From the IMG/VR virus record IMGVR_UViG_3300031787_000001, positions 124,001 to 188,000 of that record: a stretch of 64,000 bases of DNA. One strand, given 5' to 3'. Made by a program: the position numbers and the translations under genes. This document shows, piece after piece, positions 59,766 through 64,000 of the stretch. Position 1 is the first letter of the stretch. Each line of letters starts with the position of its first letter. The notes beneath the pieces were generated by a model. The model was not told the DNA's origin, did no database searches, and saw only the letters and a program-made list of their open reading frames with translations.

Positions 59766-60479
59766 TTAATCAACATTTGATATAATTTCCTTTATTTTTT
59801 TAAGACCCTTGTATTCTAAAATCGAATCGGACATTGAATTAATACTTTCTCTTATTATTTCTTTATGTTCCACCCATATCTGATTCAATGGTGTCATTTC
59901 AACTCTAACAAAAAATAAACTAATGTTATTACCCATACCAACTGTGGTTTGAACTTCTGTTCTAAAGTATATATCATCAATACTTTCCGGTATGGGTCTT
60001 TCGTATCTTGGGTGTTGACTTAATGAAGATAAGGATGAAAGTGTCCAAACATATCTCCTATATTTTGATCCCTCCCTTGACATTGCTGTCGTTATATTAT
60101 CACTAGACTTTCTTAATCTTTCAGATTCGGGTACTGGTTCATGAATTTGATAAAAGGATTTACCGACAATTTCATCAGGTGAGAACCCACTTGGAAAACA
60201 AAAACATATTGCAGATAATTTACCATCCTTCATAACCGCAACATCTTCCTCTAACCTAAGTCCAATATCTTTTATATTAAATGAGTTAACACCACAATAG
60301 TCACCAAGAATACGAACAACACTTTCGTCTTCTTGTTTACATAGATACTTTTCAAGTCTAAATAATTCTTTTTCTTTTTCTCTAATATAACTTTCACTAA
60401 TAACGGGACTAAAAACTTCACCATCGTACTTAACAATATCGGGACCGATGGTGTATTTTGGTTTTACCGGAAATACCAT
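59766..60479 (-). CDS. DUF3445 (heme-dependent oxidative N-demethylase alpha-like) protein
   Basis: EDVAVM, CFPSG, IHEPVP, RYVW, FRTEVQT. Confidence 0.7.
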   Translation of the reverse strand: MVFPVKPKYTIGPDIVKYDGEVFSPVISESYIREKEKELFRLEKYLCKQEDESVVRILGDYCGVNSFNIKDIGLRLEEDVAVMKDGKLSAICFCFPSGFSPDEIVGKSFYQIHEPVPESERLRKSSDNITTAMSREGSKYRRYVWTLSSLSSLSQHPRYERPIPESIDDIYFRTEVQTTVGMGNNISLFFVRVEMTPLNQIWVEHKEIIRESINSMSDSILEYKGLKKIKEIISNVD

Positions 60480-60489
60480 GTAAATTATT

Positions 60490-60612
60490 TTATCTTAAAC
60501 GATTCTTACCACATTTCATTCCACCTTTCTGTGATGCTTGATATGGTGTAAGATTCCTACCACAAGAAATTAATAATGTGGTTATGAGAAGGGTTAATAA
60601 TATTTTTTTCAT
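60490..60612 (-). CDS. 40-aa lipoprotein (not in ORF track)
   Basis: MKKILLTLLITTLLIS-C. Confidence 0.6.
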   Translation of the reverse strand: MKKILLTLLITTLLISCGRNLTPYQASQKGGMKCGKNRLR

Positions 60613-60791
60613 TTTTTACTAATTTTTATAATTTGGATCTCTTTCACGTTGGATCCAATATTACCTGTTGCCCTGATTTTTCTTTCCGCTTCGGAACTTG
60701 AATCAGATTCCATAATTAATGTTGTTCCTTGTGATAATTTACTATTGTTCGCATAAACTAAATAGTAAGTAACTTCATAATGATTTGCCAT
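60609..60791 (-). CDS. Hypothetical protein
   Basis: ORF track. Confidence 0.6.
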   Translation of the reverse strand: MANHYEVTYYLVYANNSKLSQGTTLIMESDSSSEAERKIRATGNIGSNVKEIQIIKISKK

Positions 60792-60826
60792 AATTTCTTA
60801 TTTATTTCAACAAAGATAAGGTTATT

Positions 60827-61459
60827 TTATTTAATAATCTTAAATAAATGATAATCGTATGTTTTATTTTCTATATATACAGAAATAAAATTCATTCCCC
60901 TTACTAAGAAATCATTTAAATTAATTTCATATTGTTTTTTAACCCAACATCTGTGTTTAAACAATATTCTACCGACACCATCATAAATGATTGTTATTTG
61001 ATTATCAGATAAATTACCAAAATCACTTTTTAGTATACCACCGACAAACGATACTTTGTATGTACTTGATGATCTAATTGGTTTTATCACATTAGTTTCA
61101 TTAAGAGATAGGACAACTAAACTCGTGTTAATTTCTAACCAACCCATATCTGGTCTAGTTATACAAGCTGTTTCGGCTTTAGCTCTAAATAATATGTTTA
61201 TATTAGTTGGTCGTGCAACATATACTGTTTCACATTCTAATGCTCTAACTATTATATCAATAGCAGAATCTTGATCAGCTTTTGTTCTAATTCTTGCTTC
61301 ACAATCTTGTTTGTTACACACTATAAAAGTGTGTTGTTCATTAGAATATCCTAAATAGTTTATTCTAATTACATTATTTTCAAAAAACTGACCTCCGTTT
61401 TGGGAGAAAGAAAAATTTGATATTAATAGTAATAAAAATGTAATTAAATGTGTTTTCAT
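60827..61459 (-). CDS. Secreted protein, possible T9SS C-terminal-domain-like end
   Basis: Signal peptide; IYDGVGRIL, G..FI.V, KIIK terminus. Confidence 0.5.
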   Translation of the reverse strand: MKTHLITFLLLLISNFSFSQNGGQFFENNVIRINYLGYSNEQHTFIVCNKQDCEARIRTKADQDSAIDIIVRALECETVYVARPTNINILFRAKAETACITRPDMGWLEINTSLVVLSLNETNVIKPIRSSSTYKVSFVGGILKSDFGNLSDNQITIIYDGVGRILFKHRCWVKKQYEINLNDFLVRGMNFISVYIENKTYDYHLFKIIK

Positions 61460-61716
61460 ATTAAAGGTATATACTATATATATATCTTAATTATTCATTT
61501 TCGTAAGGATCGGGTGCACAAATATACTTTCTCCACCACCTACCAAATTTCGTGTCTTCATTGTTAGCAACATATACCTCACCAACAATCAAACCAAATA
61601 AAAAAATGAATGAAATTACACATAAAATGAAAAAAATGACAAGACTTTTTAACATAAAAATAATTTTAATCCGAAGTTAATAAATATTTTCAATAAAAAA
61701 AAATATTTATTTAGAT

Positions 61717-62541
61717 ATGAAACTATTAAAAACGGTATACGATATATTATTATTAGAATATAGTGAAAAATTAATTGGGGGTCTTGTAAATAAATTTACA
61801 GAGGAAAAACCCGATTTATCAAGTGAAATTGCTAGATTTTATATAAAAAGATTTAAAGAACTTAAGGATTCCCCAAATATTGGAGAAAAGGACATAACAA
61901 GGTATTCTTGGAATGAATTGGAAAAAGTGGTCGATAGTAACCAAAAAAGAAAAATAAAAACAGGTAAAATTGATTTAACATCAGATGACCCAAATTTAAT
62001 CTACAATAATAATGGTATTAGATTATATAAGTCAAATACATTAGAATCATGTGTAAAATATGGTGCGGGTTATAGATTTTGTATATCATCAAGAGGTTTA
62101 AAGAATCAATATCATGAATATAGGGTACATAAAGGAGGTACGATATATTTCATTTTCAACGATAATTTACCAAAAGAAATGGATGATCAAAGTAATTTTG
62201 GTGATCCGAGACATGTAATGGTTATTATTGTTTATAAAAACAAATACACAGTAACCGACGCCACAAATAGACAGGAAGAAGAATATTATAATTTAGAGGA
62301 TATGGTTAAAAAATATCCTTGGATTGGTGAGATAAAAAATTATCTTGTTGAGGTTAAACCAAAAAACTTCGACACCGAATTAATGAATTTAAAAAGAAAT
62401 TACGAAAAAGATAAAAGAGAAATCGAATCTCAGTTACAAAATGATCCGACCAACAACGAACTAATTTTTAAATTAGATGACTTAACAAAAAACTTTAGAT
62501 CTGAAGTTCAAAAATTAAGAATTGAATTTAATAAATTTTAA
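61717..62541 (+). CDS. Late-type hypothetical protein, MKLL..ILLLE leader
   Basis: TATTTAT upstream; opposite strand to neighbours. Confidence 0.8.
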   Translation: MKLLKTVYDILLLEYSEKLIGGLVNKFTEEKPDLSSEIARFYIKRFKELKDSPNIGEKDITRYSWNELEKVVDSNQKRKIKTGKIDLTSDDPNLIYNNNGIRLYKSNTLESCVKYGAGYRFCISSRGLKNQYHEYRVHKGGTIYFIFNDNLPKEMDDQSNFGDPRHVMVIIVYKNKYTVTDATNRQEEEYYNLEDMVKKYPWIGEIKNYLVEVKPKNFDTELMNLKRNYEKDKREIESQLQNDPTNNELIFKLDDLTKNFRSEVQKLRIEFNKF

Positions 62542-63551
62542 TTTTTTCTTTTCGGTGGATTAAAGTTTCTTCTTAACCATTCAATCAATGGAATTGCGTC
62601 TGTAAATGGGCCACCGAATGGTGGGTAATTTTCATTAGAATATTCCTCATAAATTTCATCCCATTTTTCATTTGATATCATATTTTCATATGATTCTCTA
62701 AGATTTGAATTTGGGTCTTCCGGATTTTCCAAAGAATCCATAAAAATAGACATATCTCTCTCAAGTAATTCTAACATACCAATTCTTTGTAATATTTTCG
62801 CCCTGTATAAAGTTTGATCACTTAAATAAATTTTAATGATGTCGAAAATAACATTGGAACCTATATCTGATTCTAAACAATAAAGTTCATCTTCTGGATG
62901 AAGTTGTATTTCATTTTTTGTTTTGTCTTTAATTGATTCGTATTTTACAAACCAATTTTGATCTTTTTTAATTAACAAACCGACCATATTATTTATATAT
63001 TTTTACCGCATACATTTGACCTCTTCTATGATAATGAGTTATTGATATGGCATATATCTCAGGTTGATCAACAATGTAAATCATATTATCAACCCTATCA
63101 TTACTTAAAATATGGTAATTTTCGTTTATTTCTTTATAGTATCCAATTTCATTATCACCCGTAATATCTAAACTATCTTTACTTAATTCCTGATAAGTTT
63201 GAATGTTATCTAAATTAGGTTTAAATATGTCTTCGGGTAAATAGGAAAACACCTCTTGTATTGTCATATTTTTGCTTTTTTATAAACAAGTTTTATTGTG
63301 TCACCAATTTTATAAATATCTCTTCTTGTTGTTGTAAACTTGAAATCACAATCTGTGATATACACATATTTTGGTTCGATGTCCATTACAGATACTTGTG
63401 GTAATCTATAAAACGTATCTATAATACAATTCTCCACACGGTCACCCTCTTCAATTTTTGGTGGATCAACACATCCAACAAATAATATTGCGAATATTAA
63501 AACTGCGATAAACCAAATAATAACAATGTAAGTAAATAAATTCTTTTTCAT
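62538..63551 (-). CDS. Hypothetical ORFs 62538-62987, 62989-63267, 63264-63551 (last lipoprotein-like)
   Basis: ORF track. Confidence 0.7.
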
Positions 63552-63552
63552 T

Positions 63553-63894
63553 TTATAAAAATATTTGAGTTAAAATTATTAACAGACCCAAGAATAAACA
63601 TATATAACTTTTTAATGTTAGAGGTTCGTTAAATATTAAAACACTTAACCATGTGAAAACTATCACACCAATACCAAAACCAATAAGTCTAGATGGCCAT
63701 ATTTGTCCATCATAACCATCAATGAGATAATTGGTTGATTTTATAAAAAACCAACCTATCGGGATACTTGACAACAGGACTAACCAAAAATACTTTTTAT
63801 TCCAATCATATTTGTAGGAACATTGTAACTGTAAAAATGTTGCAACTTGCCCGAGTATCCCGTAAAATACACCAAGTATTATTTTATAATTCAT
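63553..63894 (-). CDS. Small multi-TM membrane protein (DMT/SMR-like)
   Basis: Four hydrophobic helices; F.EPL motif. Confidence 0.6.
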   Translation of the reverse strand: MNYKIILGVFYGILGQVATFLQLQCSYKYDWNKKYFWLVLLSSIPIGWFFIKSTNYLIDGYDGQIWPSRLIGFGIGVIVFTWLSVLIFNEPLTLKSYICLFLGLLIILTQIFL

Positions 63895-64000
63895 TTGTTA
63901 TTTTTTCTAACTCTTGGTATGTTTTATTTGTTTCTTCTTTAAGAAAATGTAATTTAGAATGAGATAGATTTTTATATTGCGATAACATATATAAAATTGA

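Noticed and set aside
1-64000. Stop-codon recoding as in some Bacteroidota phages
   Set aside because: Recognisable enzymes are full-length under the standard code, and TAA, TAG and TGA all end genes.

Overview
AT-rich (~30% GC) 64-kb segment of a large (probably jumbo) dsDNA phage of a Bacteroidota host: dozens of Bacteroidota-type promoters (TTTG -33 / TAnnTTTG -7), standard genetic code, no core structural or replication genes. Three blocks. (1) 1-16.6 kb, minus strand: genes preceded by a TATTTAT motif whose products carry short shared N-terminal leaders (MKIIITESQ.., MNLQENIQRIKEMMGL..E, MGKRFTITESE..) fused to unrelated domains (CCA-adding enzyme, HD phosphatase, Tyr phosphatase, kinase, Tae4 amidase, GNAT, pterin dehydratase etc.), read here as a probable capsid-targeted cargo array. 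(2) After a C-run/G-run switch point at 16.7-16.9 kb, a plus-strand early-type region (17.5-48 kb) made of terminator-spacer-promoter-gene cassettes. About 20 spacers hold an inverted WTTTHYNTGGC pair with quantised internal spacing and a near-fixed distance to the promoter. The spacers are packed with GATC/AGCT/GCGC/CCGG sites, while the genes in 16.9-29 kb almost lack GpC and hence alanine. The promoters carry TTAACA-N5-TTAACA boxes and the region encodes a receiver-less PhoB/OmpR DNA-binding protein. (3) 49.5-64 kb, minus strand: small hypothetical genes, a tRNA-like RNA with a long insert, gmd/fcl and an NlpC/P60-type hydrolase. Family calls come from motif recognition and all counts are manual; none are database results.
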